Assembly (NCBI RefSeq): GCF_037042905.1 | Contig: NC_087251.1 | Location: 17,858,001-17,922,000, forward strand | Length of the DNA: 64,000 nt | Direction: 5' to 3' | Source: Lytechinus pictus | Lineage: Eukaryota | Shown: positions 1 through 12,236 of the stretch, piece after piece | Position numbering within the stretch: the stretch's first letter is position 1 | Layout of the letters: each line of letters begins with the position of its first letter | Program-made: the position numbers and the translations under genes | Notes under the pieces: model-generated | What the model was told of the DNA's origin: nothing | Seen by the model: the letters and a program-made list of their open reading frames with translations, nothing else | Databases searched by the model: none

Positions 1-280
1 GTCTATTTTCTTAGAACTAGTGATAGATCCATTTACTTTCAAAGTTAAAATGTTAATAACTAAAACTTAACCTTGGTTAGGATTTCAATGTTGATAATAC
101 AACATGGTCAGTGTTCTTTGACCCTAAATGACCTTTGACCTTGATCATGTGACCTGCAACTCACGTAAGATGATACTCAATTAACCTTATGTCCAACTTT
201 CATGAATTAGGTCCACATACTTTCTGAATTGATGATGACATTTCAAAAACTTAACATTGTTTAAGATTTCAACTTTGACA
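1..280 (-). mobile_element. Fragment of the HINE/Helentron-like element family (TGACCTTTGACC internal repeats)
   Basis: Shares 'gaccctaaatgacctttgaccttgatcatgtgacct' and 'tttcaaaaacttaac' with 6085-6852 and 41415-42468; truncated by the window edge. Confidence 0.7.
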
Positions 281-399
281 AGCAAAATTTGATTTAGATG
301 AATAGAGAGGAATCCACATAAGTATCCTTGACAAATTCATCAAAATTTGATGTAAAATAAAACTAGAAATTCATATCACTGATGTGATTAATACCTGTC

Positions 400-1180
400 C
401 CAATGTCATTACCATTGCAACACAGTTTCCAACACATTTGGAAATATTAATCTTTCATGTCTTTATCCCAAGATGAATGTTTGTGTCAAATTTCATTAGC
501 AATGATAAAAAAAACCAAGTAGATTTTTCCTGGGTTTGGCAAAGCATCATTCCCAAAGCAACACTATTTCCAACACATTTAGAAAATGGGAATTGCAAGA
601 TCTTACCCAAAGACCAATGCTAGTGCCAACTTTCATTAGAACTGGCCAAAAAGTGGGGAAGTTATTTGACCGGCAATGGGATTTCTGGGATTTTGGCCAT
701 AATAAGCAGTTACTATGGCAAAACAAAATCTGCCAAAATGGAAAGATCATGATTTCTGACACACATAAAAAATGTGTCTTGCTTATTTGTACTTCAAGAC
801 CAATGTCTGTGCCAAATGTCATGAGTTTTTGCCATATCTTGTTACCATGGCAACATGATTTCCAAAACACAAAAATTACATTTTGCACTTTTTTATCTCA
901 AGAATAATGTGTGTGCGAAATTTCAAGAGAATTTGTTAAAAACTGATGGAAGTAATTCAAACCGCTAGATTTTTACCTAATACTTGACATAATAAACCAT
1001 TACCATGGCAACATAATTTCTGACACTTGCGAAAAATCTGTTTTGCACATCTTTAACCAAAGACCACTGGGTGTTCCAGATTTCATGAAAATTGGTTCAA
1101 ATCTGAGGAAGTAGTTCAAACCACAAGATTTGCAACAGACTGACTGCCCAACCGTACACTGATTTCTATATTCCCCTTAC
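400..1180. repeat. Diverged tandem repeat (~130-160 bp units), probably internal to a second HINE-like element
   Basis: Recurring 'accatggcaac'-like motif at ~411, 552, 712, 844, 1002 and 'aaatttcat' motifs; ends in 'acagactgactg...gatttctatattcccc', resembling HINE ends. Confidence 0.55.
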
Positions 1181-4100
1181 AAATCTGACAGGGCATGGCT
1201 GGTCACCTACAGTTTAAGCAACAAGGCTTGGCAGGTAAATCCCAGGCCACAATCTCCCAGCCAGGTATTGACTAATCTAAGCTACATGTATATTTCCTTG
1301 TTTGACCTAAAATTTAAGGGGCAAGGCCCTGTAGGCAAGTAATTCACAGGCCACCATCTTCCAGCCAGAATCTAGAAAGCAATGAACACTAGGTGGTTTC
1401 AAACCGCCTCGATCACAAGAATCCCCGTTAAATTACGAGAACTTTTTTAGGCTGAAAAATACCCATTAATTATTCCTGCATTCACACCGCCCTGAAACAT
1501 ACCCTTCGGGATAAGTTCCTGAAGTTACGAGCATGCGCAGTATGGTCTGATAAGCAGCAAGGCGCGAAATTCAAAATCACTAGCCCAGCAGCAACCCATG
1601 CACGGCGCCGCACCCAACGACACGCTGGGCTCAAAGTTCCCGTAATTTGCTTTCAGACCGCCAAAATACCCACGACCTTGGAAAAATCCCCGCGAAAGTT
1701 CTCGTAATTTCGCCAAGTACCTACTATTTATCGGGTATTTTCTTTCGGGGATATTACGCGTAGTTTGCTTTCAGACCGCCAAAATACCTGGTATTTTCTG
1801 ATCGGGGTAAATTTCCCGATCAGAGAATACCTGGAACTGGCGAACTTCGAGGCGGTCTGAAACCACCTACTGGGCGTGGCTGTTCACCTACAGTTTAAGG
1901 GGCAAGGACTGGTAGGCATATAATTCACAGGCCACAATATCCCAGCAGGAATCTACTAAGCCACATGTATGTAAAAAAATCTGACTGGGCATGACTGTTC
2001 ACCTACACTTTAAGGGGCAAGGCAAAGTAGGCACATAATTCACCGCCACCATCTCCCAGCCAGAAACTAGAAAGCAATGTAAACTAATGTATTTAAAAAA
2101 AATCTGACATAGCATGGCCATTAACCTACAGTTAAAGGGGCAAGGCCAGGTAGGCACATAATTCACAGGCCACCATCTCCCAGCCAGAATCTAGAAATCT
2201 ATGTAAACTACTGTATAAAAAATACAAAAATCTGACTGGGCGTGGCCGTTCACCTACAGTTTAAGGGGCAAGGCCCGGTAGGCACATAATTCACAGGCCA
2301 CCATCTCCCAGCCAGAATCTAGAAAGCAATGTAAACTGGGCATGGCCGTTCACCTACAGTTTAAGGGGCAAAGCCCGGTAGGCATATAATTCACAGGCCA
2401 CCATTTCCTAGCCTAAACCTACTAAAGCTACATGTATGTAAACTACTTAAAAAATACAACAATCTGACTGGACGTGGCCGTTCACCTACAGTTTAAGGGG
2501 CAAGGCCCAGTAAGCTCATAATTCACAGGCCACCATCTCCTAGCCACAACCTACTAAAGCTACATGTATGTAAACTACTTTAAAAATACAACAATCTGAC
2601 TGGGCGTGGCCGTTGACCTACCATTTAAGGGGCAAGGCCCAGTAAGCTCATAATTCATAGGCCACCATCTCCTAGCCAAACCTACATGTATTTATACTAA
2701 TAAAAAAGAAATCAATCTGACTGGGCATGACTGTTCACCTACAGTTGAAGTGGCAAGGACCGGTAGGCACATAATTCACAGGCCACCATCTCCCAGCCAG
2801 AATCTAGAAAGCTATACAAACTACTGTATGAAAAATACAAAAATCTGACTGGGCGTGGCTGTTCACCTACAGTAAAAGGGGCAAGGCCCAGTAGGCACAT
2901 AATTCACGGGCCATCTCCAAGCCAGAATCTACTAAAGCAATGTAAACTACTGTATAAAAAATCTAAAAATATAACTGGGCATGGCCAGGTAGGCACATAA
3001 TTCACAGACCGCCATTACCCAACCAGAATCTATAAATCGATGTAAACTACTGCATAAAAAATACAAAATCTGACTGGGTGTGGCTGTTCACCTACAGTTT
3101 AAGGGGCAAGGCCCGGTAGGCACATAATTCACAGACCACCATCTCCAGCCACATTCTAGAAATCTATGTAAACTACTGTATCAAAGATTTAAAAATTTGA
3201 CTGGGCGTGGCTGTTCACCTACAGTTTAAGGGGCAAGGCCCGGTAGGCACATAATTCACAGGCCACCATCTCCCAGCCAGAATCTAGAAATCTATGTAAA
3301 CTGGACATGGCCATTCACCTACGGTTTAAGGGGCAAGGCCCAGTAGGCACATAATTCACAGGCCACCATCTCCTAGCCTAAACCTACTAAAGCTACATGT
3401 ATGTAAACTCCTTAAAAAATACAACAATCTGACTGGACATGGCCGTTCACCTACAGTTTAAGGGGCAAGGCCCAGTAAGCTCATAATTCACAGGCCACCA
3501 TCTCCTAGCCACAACCTACTAAAACTACATTTATGTTAACTACTTAAAAAATACAACAATCTGACTGGGCGTGGCTGTTCACCTACAGTTTAAGGGGCAA
3601 GGCCCAGTAGGCACATAATTCACAGGCCACCATCTCCTAGCCTAAACCTACTAAAGATACATGTATGTAAACTACTTAAAAAATACAACAATCTGACTGG
3701 GCGTGGCCGTTCACCTACAGTTGAAGTGGCAAGGCCCAGTAAGCTCATAATTCACAGGCCACCATCTCCTAGCCACAACCTACTAAAACTACATTTATGT
3801 AAACTACTTAAAAAATACAACAATCTGACTGGGCGTGGCTGTTCACCTACAGTTAAAGGGGCAAGGCCCAGTAGGCACATAATTCACGGGCCATCTCCAA
3901 GCCAGAATCTACTAAAGCAATGTAAACTACTGTATAACAAATCTAAAAATATATCTGGGCATGGCCAGGTAGGCACATAATTCACAGACCGCCATTACCC
4001 AACCAGAATCTATAAATCGATGTAAACTACTGCATTAAAAATACAAAATCTGACTGGGTGTGGCTGTTCACCTACAGTTTAAGGGGCAAGGCCCGGTAGG

Positions 4101-6050
4101 CACATAATTCACAGACCACCATATCCAGCCACATTCTAGAAATCTATGTAAACTACTGTATCAAAGATTTAAAAATCTAACTGGGCGTGGCCGTTCACCT
4201 ACAGTTTAAGGGGCAAGGCCCGGTAGGAACATAATTCACAGGCCACCATCTCCCAGCCAGAATCTAGAAATCTATGTAAACTGGACATGGCCATTCACCT
4301 AGGGTTTAAGGGGCAAGGCCCAGTAGGCACATAATTCACAGGCCACCATCTCCTAGCCTAAACCTACTAAAGCTACATGTATGTAAACTACTTTAAAAAT
4401 ACAACAATCTGACTGGGCGAGGCCGTTCACCTACAGTTTAAGGGGCAAGGCCCAGTAAGCTCATAATTCACAGGCCACCATCTCCTAGCCACAACCTACT
4501 AAAGCTACATGTATGTAAACTACTTTAAAAATACAACAATCTGACTGGGCGAGGCCGTTCACCTACAGTTTAAGGGGCAAGGCCCAGTAAGCTCATAATT
4601 CACAGGCCACCATCTCCTAGCCACAACCTACTAAAACTACATTTATGTAAACTACTTAAAAAATACAACAATCTGACTGGGCGAGGCCGTTCACCTATAG
4701 TTTAAGGGGGAAGACCCAGTAAGCTCATAATTCACAGGCCACCATCTCCTAACCACAACCTACTAAAACTACATTTATGTTAACTACTTAAAAAATACAA
4801 CAATCTGACTGGGCGTGGCCGTTCACCTACAGTTTAAGGGGCAAGGCCCGGTAGGCACATAATTCACAGGCCACCATCTCCCAGCCAGAATCTAGAAATC
4901 TATGTAAACTGGACATGGCCATTCACCTAGGGTTTAAGGGGCAAGGCCCAGTAGGCACATAATTCACAGGCCACCATCTTCTAGCCTAAACCTACTAAAG
5001 CTACATGTATGTAAACTACTTAAAAAATACAACAATCTGACTGGGCGAGGCCGTTCACCTACGGTTTAAGGGGGAAGGCCCAGTAGGCACATAATTCACA
5101 GGCCACCATCTCCTAGCCACAACCTACTAAAGCTACATGTATGTTAACTACTTAAAAAATACAACAATCTGACTGGGCGAGGCCGTTCACCTACAGTTTA
5201 AGGGGCAAGGCCCAGTAAGCTCATAATTCACAGGCCACCATCTCCTAGCCACAACCTACTAAAACTACATTTATGTAAACTACTTAAAAAATACAACAAT
5301 CTGACTGGGCGTGGCCGTTCACCTACAGTTTAAGGGGGAAGGCCCAGTAGGCACATAATTCACAGGCCACCATCTCCTAGCCACAACCTACTAAAGCTAC
5401 ATGTATGTTAACTACTTAAAAAATACAACAATCTGACTGGGCGAGGCCGTTCACCTACAGTTTAAGGGGCAAGGCCCAGTAAGCTCATAATTCACAGGCC
5501 ACCATCTCCTAGCCACAACCTACTAAAGCTACATGTATGTTAATTACTTAAAAAATACAACAATCTGACTGGGCGAGGCCGTTCACCTACAGTTTAAGGG
5601 GGAAGGCCCAGTAGGCACATAATTCACAGGCCACCATCTCCTAGCCTAAACCTACTAAAGCTACATGTATGTAAACTACTTTAAAAATACAACAATCTGA
5701 CTGGGCGTGGCCGTTCACCTACAGTTTAAGGGGCAAGGCCCAGTAAGCTCATAATTCACAGGCCACCATCTCCTAGCCACAACCTACTAAAACTACATTT
5801 ATGTAAACTACTTAAAAAATACAACAATCTGACTGGGCGTGGCCGTTCACCTAAAGTTTAAGGGGCAAGGCCTGGTAGGCACAGGCCGTCATCTCCCAGC
5901 CAGAATCTACTAAAGCAATGTAAACTGCTGTATGAACAAAAAAATCTAACTGGGCATGGATGTTTAAAGGGGCATACTAGGTAGGCACATAATTCACAGG
6001 CCAACATCTCCCAGCCAGAATCTTGAAAGCTATGCACACTACTGTATAAT
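1181..6050. repeat. Satellite array, 132-bp unit, roughly 35 copies, with deletion variants and a 980-bp internal duplication
   Basis: Unit aatctgactgggcgtggccgttcacctacagtttaaggggcaaggcccagtaggcacataattcacaggccaccatctcctagcc...; unit starts at 3426, 3558, 3690 (132-bp spacing). Confidence 0.95.
1391..1868. mobile_element. MITE inserted in the satellite; 3-bp TSD ACT (PIF/Harbinger-like)
   Basis: TIRs AGGTGGTTTCAAACCGCCTCGA / TCGAGGCGGTCTGAAACCACCT; ACT at 1388-1390 and 1869-1871; removal restores a short-variant satellite unit. A TA TSD reading is also possible. Confidence 0.85.
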
Positions 6051-6084
6051 AGAAATTATAAATATAACTATTTTATGTGATCCA

Positions 6085-6852
6085 ATACAGCAGCAGTGTT
6101 TACTTGACACAACTAAATAATCATTCACAAAAAACACCATTCATATGATAATGAACTATATTCATTGACCCTAAATGACATTTGACCTTGATTGTGTGAC
6201 CAAAGACTTGTGCAAGACGATCAGTGATACTTGATACCCTTATGTCCACATTTCATGAACTAGAGCCATAAACTTTCAAAGTTATGATGGCAATTCAACA
6301 AATACTCCCAACAGGGGGTGGGGGCCAAAGTTCATTGACCTTGGTCATGTGACCTGAAAATCATACAGGATGTTCACTGATGCATGATTACTCTTAAATC
6401 TCATGAACTAGATCCATATACTTTGAGAGCTATGACATTCTTTTTTATTCCCCCACCATAATCATTGACCCCAAATGACCATTGACCTTGGTCATGTGAC
6501 CTGAAACTCAGGGAGGATGTTCAGTAATACTTGATTATGCTTCCATTCCAAAATTTATGAATTAGGTCCATATAATTTCTAAGTAATGATGACATTTCAA
6601 AAACTTAACCTTTGGTTAAGATTTTGATGTTGATTCCCCCAACATGGTCTCAGTTCATTGACCCTAAATGACCTTTGACCTTGGTCATGTGACCTCAATC
6701 TCTGGAAGGATGTTCGGTAATACTTGATAAGCATGGCAAGTTTCATCTACTAGGCTCATATAATATCTAAGTTACGATGACATTTCAAAAACTTAACCTT
6801 TGGCTAAGATTTGCCGCAGCTTAATAGTTTCGCTCTGCAATGCAGGCGAGAC
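6085..6852 (-). mobile_element. HINE/Helentron-like non-autonomous element, one end missing
   Basis: Internal tandem units with TGACC motifs; terminal 'tagtttcgctctgcaatgcaggcgagac' plus A-rich run matches 42433-42468. Confidence 0.75.
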
Positions 6853-7701
6853 AGAAAAAAAAATAGACGGAGAGTGAATTTGGATCAGAAATTAAGAAAA
6901 GACTTTCTATTCCACCTGACTTTGCAAGAACTAAAAGGGCTTTCTGTAATCAAGAAAGTACAGAATGACTTTGAAGATTCTTGATTCTTCATCATCAAAC
7001 ACAGATTAAAGCTATTTTACCATGCATTGAATTGCAAGCTTTAGGAGATACTTCCAGACTGGGGGGAAATACAAGTACATGTAGTTACTTTTTTCTGCTG
7101 GGATAATTCATGAGGGAAAGGATTTAAAGAACAGTTTACTCCAGGGTTTTAAAAAGCCAGGGTCAAAACAATTCCTGTTTAAGTGAACATTTCCTCACAG
7201 TAGATGAATCAACAAAGTGGCAAGGTCAGATAACAAATATGAATGTTTCTGATATACAGATATGCTGAAATGAAATGTCAATTGTACCTGAAGACGCACT
7301 AACTCGAACTGCACAGAGGATGTAAATCCTGTATGGCCGCAATTTCGCTGCCTTCTTGTGCATCAACTTAATATGAGACAAAATATAATTCATTGAATCA
7401 TTAAGCTGGTATAACCTATTAATTGTACAAGGGAGTGAATTGCCTATGGAAGAAAATACAAAATTAATGCTGAAATATTGTCAAATGGTTAGAAATCAAC
7501 CAATTAAAAAGGGACCACCATATGACAGGGCACCTCATAATTCAAAATTGGAATACTCTTTGATCTGTGATAAGAAAATTGATCCACTCGAAATATGTCA
7601 ATAATCTCAAAAAGCAGAACTATTCAAAGCATTTAGCAATCACAGCATTCATTATCTTATAAAGGTTGATTGTGAAGATTAATATACCATTATTTTTCTA
7701 A

Positions 7702-8470
7702 CATTATTATTATTTTTTGTTTAGCGTCACCTGTGCCTGGGAGGCGAAAAGCGAACTGAATCACTATGACCCACAGGTCTCTCTTCCCGATATAACTGAT
7801 TGGGGGGAGTGCAGGTGGACCACTACAACGTGGTTTCCCCTACTCTTATACAAATAGTGCAGTGGGTTCTTAAAGTGATTGGTTAACATTGGTTTGACTT
7901 TTAAAAATCTGAGCTAGAAGGTCACACTTGTCACCTGTGTCTGTGATATGTTACAAAAATGAAGCCCAGAAAAAAATTGCGTTAGAAAATAATTATTTAG
8001 TGCTTCAAAAATTGAAATATAAAGTGACCGAAAACACCATCTTAATTTCATCCCATACACTTATGTGTACTATTTAGGCGTCTATAAGACGCCTTTTTAC
8101 AAAATCGGGGTTTGCCTTGTAGCTTTAGCTTTTCATTCTCAATAATGGTTGTTTTCAGGGTTTATTAGTTCTATTACATACACTTGTACACATGTTTCAT
8201 CTTGGTTTGAGAATTTTTTAAATCGGCTGCTCACAAAGTTAAACAATACCTTTAAGCAAAGGTGGTGACTCTCCTCTACACAGGGCCTCCATTTAACATC
8301 CTATCCAAGGGACAGAGTGTTTTCTATTGTAACATAGCGTGCATCTACGAAACATGGGAGAGACGTTTACACACAACGCACTGGCTTCAGTCATCTGCCC
8401 GGGGTGGACTCAAACCCACAATCTTTGGTTCCACGGGCAGACACGTTGCCGACTGAGCCACCAACGCTCT
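7702..8470 (-). mobile_element. tRNA-derived SINE with Deu/Nin-like central domain, interrupted by a Kolobok-type MITE
   Basis: Minus strand: A-box TGGCTCAGTCGG, B-box GGTTTGAGTCC, core 'ggatgttaaatggaggccctgt...ttaaagaacccactgcactatt...aagagtagggg' resembling the recalled Deu-domain core; (TAA)n-type tail. Confidence 0.75.
7874..8251. mobile_element. Kolobok-type MITE (TTAA TSD)
   Basis: TTAA at 7870-7873 and 8252-8255; AG...CT termini; imperfect TIR AGTGATTGGTTAAC / GTTAAACAATACCT. Confidence 0.8.
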
Positions 8471-10554
8471 CTATGTTTTAATTAATATCTCTCATGATCT
8501 TATACATTAAGTGAAGTAGATTCTGCTACAACTCTCACAACCACTATTGTATTCTGAGAGTAAGAGCGGTTTCACCTGTTCCATAATAATAGTACCCCTT
8601 ACAAACTTTTGGCTCTCAAAAATAAGAAAGAAAAAAAAACCTATTATAGGAAAAGTAATGGCATAACAAGTGATGTGGGATAACATATAAACAACAGAAC
8701 TACCTCTGGATGAACCCTTTAAAAAGTCAGGAAACAGTGTTGTGACCTGGCTGCAACATTTTGGACAGTCTCAACAGGGAAGTGTTGGTCTCAAGAACCT
8801 CAGGAAATGGCAATTTGGTCACAGCAAAAGCAGCTGTGTCATCATCATCACAATCCTGGGACACAAATGCAAAGTGTCAGGTGACTCAAGACTGACCAAT
8901 GGCAAGCAGCCAGTCAACAGACAGGCCAATTTCATTTATGGTCCATAGCACAGAAAGGAAGCTATGACTTGTCTGTTCATGTCACAGGAGTTACAGTGGT
9001 AGGCAAACACACTGGAAGGAAACGGACGTCAGTGTCTCACAGTGACACTCTGATAGAATCTATTGGTTTGATTTTATTGCCTGCTGGAACCAGGTAATAT
9101 ATGTGCTATACCTACAGGAAGAAAAGAATACAGTAGCCAATGGATGAAGAGCACAAGGAGCAACTGACATGATTCAGTTCAACTGCTTGGTACTCCTCCC
9201 TCTAACCTCAGGGTAGCCTTTCAAGATTGGACAGCACTGGTCATCTTCCCTTAAAATAACAATATGCACTCGTGGAATTAGCTTGATATGCTGTTGGGAG
9301 ACTATGCTAATCCTTATGACTTTTGTTGCTGAAATTAAATGAACAAGTTATTGTGTATTAGTCACTTCGACAGTACAATGCATAATCACCACAAACCACA
9401 AAGCAAGGCCCAAAGACTATGTCAGAAAAATGCTTCCCCCTGAGAAAAGCTTTACTGGCAGGGCGAGGTACAGCCACATATCAATGAGTACAAAATACAC
9501 ATAAAGCTCTAAAATAATTGACAAATTGCCATCGACACAACAAACTAAATACACAAAACTTCCCAATGTAAGGGTCTGCTTGCAGACTAGAGGTCTACAC
9601 AGCTAGCACAGTGCACTGATTGGTTGGAAGTTTGGAAGGTAGAGGTCAGTCAAAGGGCAAGCCCATTGTATGCTGGGATCAATATACACCACTGAGTCAT
9701 CATTGCACTCAGGACATACCCCAATGTACAGACTAGTACTTTGGTGATGAGAGCCAAGGGAGTGTTGAAGAATGGGAGGTATGAAGGAATAGTACTCACA
9801 AGGAAGTAATAAGAAAGTGAGCCTGGAGGTGATTCACTGACAACTATAACAAATTCTAAATAAGCTGAATTCAATCTAGATAATCATTATGATAACTTAC
9901 ATCAGAATAGAAAATGGTTAGTAGATGAATCAGTAATAAATTATATCAATGTCAAATTAGATAATATCGATGTAATGTGGCTTGATTAGTCTACAGCTTT
10001 TGACTCTCCAAACAATATAAAATTTGATAGCTGGCAAAATATATAGAGGCTTTTAAAAAAATTAAACCTTGGTGCTCTTACTTTTCATGTATGTTAAAGA
10101 AATTAAAGTTTTAAGAACTGATTTAATGAACCCGAAATTATCTTTTGTATTTTGTTGTTGTTAAAAGATACTTTTTGACAATAAGTTTTTTTTTATTTTA
10201 GCATTACACATTTGTGAATAAGGGCAGAGTTTCCTCATGTAAACTAAGAACTGGATGAATCAGGGGCTTATTTTTCAGCTCTTACTGAAAAAAAGAGTCA
10301 TGCTTTTCGTGATTGTGAAAAGAATGTAAAGAAACATTAACTTTTCAGTCAACTAATCATTTATGTTACACAACTGAATGTAATGACGAGGAATCTCTTA
10401 AAGAAGAGGAAAGAGAGAAACAGGAGACTGAAACGGTAACATAACAAGGTGCTATTAGCACTTCTCTGAAGGTGTCAATTAACAAGTGGTTCACATTAAC
10501 AGCAGCTTGAAAGTTAGAGGTAAGGAGAGAGAGAAAAGGAGCAGCTGCCAATAA

Positions 10555-11017
10555 GAGGCTGTTCTCACTACGTTCCTAAAACTAGTTTACTGGGAACCGG
10601 TTCAGAAAGCCAGTTTGGAAGATCGCTTTGCTAGCGTTCTCACTTGATCACACGAAAGTGGTTTTCAAAATCACTTCACGTAAAGCGCTCTTGTTGCTAT
10701 GGAAACGCTCTCAGTGGGGTGACACGTTTCGCGCGAAATTCGAAACCGCAGCATAGGCATTCTACACCTGTCGTGTGGAGTAGCGCGCTCAAAATGTGCG
10801 AAGATCGCTTCCCGAAGAACGGTTGTGTCCTCACTTACGCTAAAACCACTTTTCCGATGCGAAGCGATCTTGAAAACTACATCGCGAGGTGGTCTTCCAA
10901 ACTGGTTTGGAAGAGCGCTTCCAAGAGCGCTTCGACCGTTCTCACTTAGCGTTAAACTAGTTTCCACTAAACTAGTTTCCACTAAACTAGTTTAAGGAAC
11001 TGAGTGAGAACAGCCTC
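10555..11017. mobile_element. PIF/Harbinger-type MITE (TAA TSD)
   Basis: TIR GAGGCTGTTCTCACT / AGTGAGAACAGCCTC; TAA at 10552-10554 and 11018-11020; repeated 'ttctcact' motifs; CpG-rich. Confidence 0.9.
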
Positions 11018-11345
11018 TAAATCTGTAACAGTTGACCATGATATCCTGACTGTGCACCTGGAAAGCAAAAGTAATATATCCACTCAAAGTATAAAGTTTA
11101 TGGAAGATATGTAGTAATAAGAAAACAGAAATGGAGAAGCGAAAACAACACAGGATTTCCCATGTAAAACACGCAAAGAGAGAGCCACTTGAAAGCATTC
11201 CAGGGTTTATATCCTCTTTTTAACAAGACCATGTTGTGGTTGGGCAACAAGGAATAACAAATAAATGATAAGAGATTCTTCTTTTAGCTTTGATTTAAAC
11301 ATACCTTGGTGTCGTTTTGTAAAATAGTTAAAAAAAATGTAATTG

Positions 11346-11749
11346 CAAGGTTCCCAGCTTTTCAGGAAAACAAAATTCCCTGATTTTTCCCTGATGAAGT
11401 TTAAAAATATCCCGATAATTATTTAAACCCATTCCCAGTTGCGCATGTTTTCTAAGTTGTTGCAGTGAATTACATGTATTTTCAGTATAAAAACAATAAT
11501 GTAAAAGTAATTAGTACCACCATAACCAGTCATTCAAAGAATGTTGTTTCGATATGCAACAAAATATAACAGTCTGACTGACTACCGTGCTTTCGACCTT
11601 TCGGCCGATCAAATTTCCCTGATTTTCCCTCATTCAAAGCATTTTTTCCCTGATTTGAGGTATTTTTAAAAATCAAATTCCCTGATTTTTCCATGACTGG
11701 CAAAAGTAAAATAATTTTTCCTGATTTTCCTGATGGGCTGGGAACCCTG
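11346..11749. mobile_element. hAT-like MITE with 5-bp TSD (AATTG)
   Basis: TIR CAAGGTTCCCAGC / GCTGGGAACCCTG; subterminal 'ttccctga' repeats; AATTG on both sides. Confidence 0.85.
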
Positions 11750-11810
11750 AATTGTTAAAATGTGCTGAAATTATGGCATCTGATTGATGGATGGAAATAC
11801 TTTTCATAGC

Positions 11811-12120
11811 AAAAAAGCTCCATGTTTCTTTTCACAAATAATTTCATCTAAATATAATGCTGCAAACAACTAAATGAAGCTATTATCATGGATATAAATG
11901 GAAAACAAAATGTATTTGTAGATAACACTAAATCAAACTCGAGCTCGTTCCAAGAAATTTACCATTATTTTTTCTTTCACAAAAAAGCTTCATATTTCTT
12001 ATTTTTCACAAATAATTTTATGTAAATTCAATGCTACGAACTAGATGAAGCTGTTTTCATGTTTATAAATGGAAAACAAAATATAATGGTAGATATTGCT
12101 CAGACAAATTAGATCTCGTT
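11811..12120. repeat. Diverged 170-bp tandem duplication
   Basis: 'aaaaaagct...ttttcacaaataattt...atgaagct...tataaatggaaaacaaaat...ctcgtt' starts at 11811 and 11981. Confidence 0.8.
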
Positions 12121-12236
12121 TGCCATCTGTAGTAACTACCATGGTAACTGGACCCTAACAGCCAATCAAAATCAAGTATTCCATGGAAGTTATTGTTAAA
12201 CCGTAATGGTGACTTTTATGCAAGATGGTCCAGATT

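Noticed and set aside
1181..6050. Regular repeats that might be read as a CRISPR array
   Set aside because: Whole units repeat with no unique spacers, there are no cas genes, and the context is eukaryotic.
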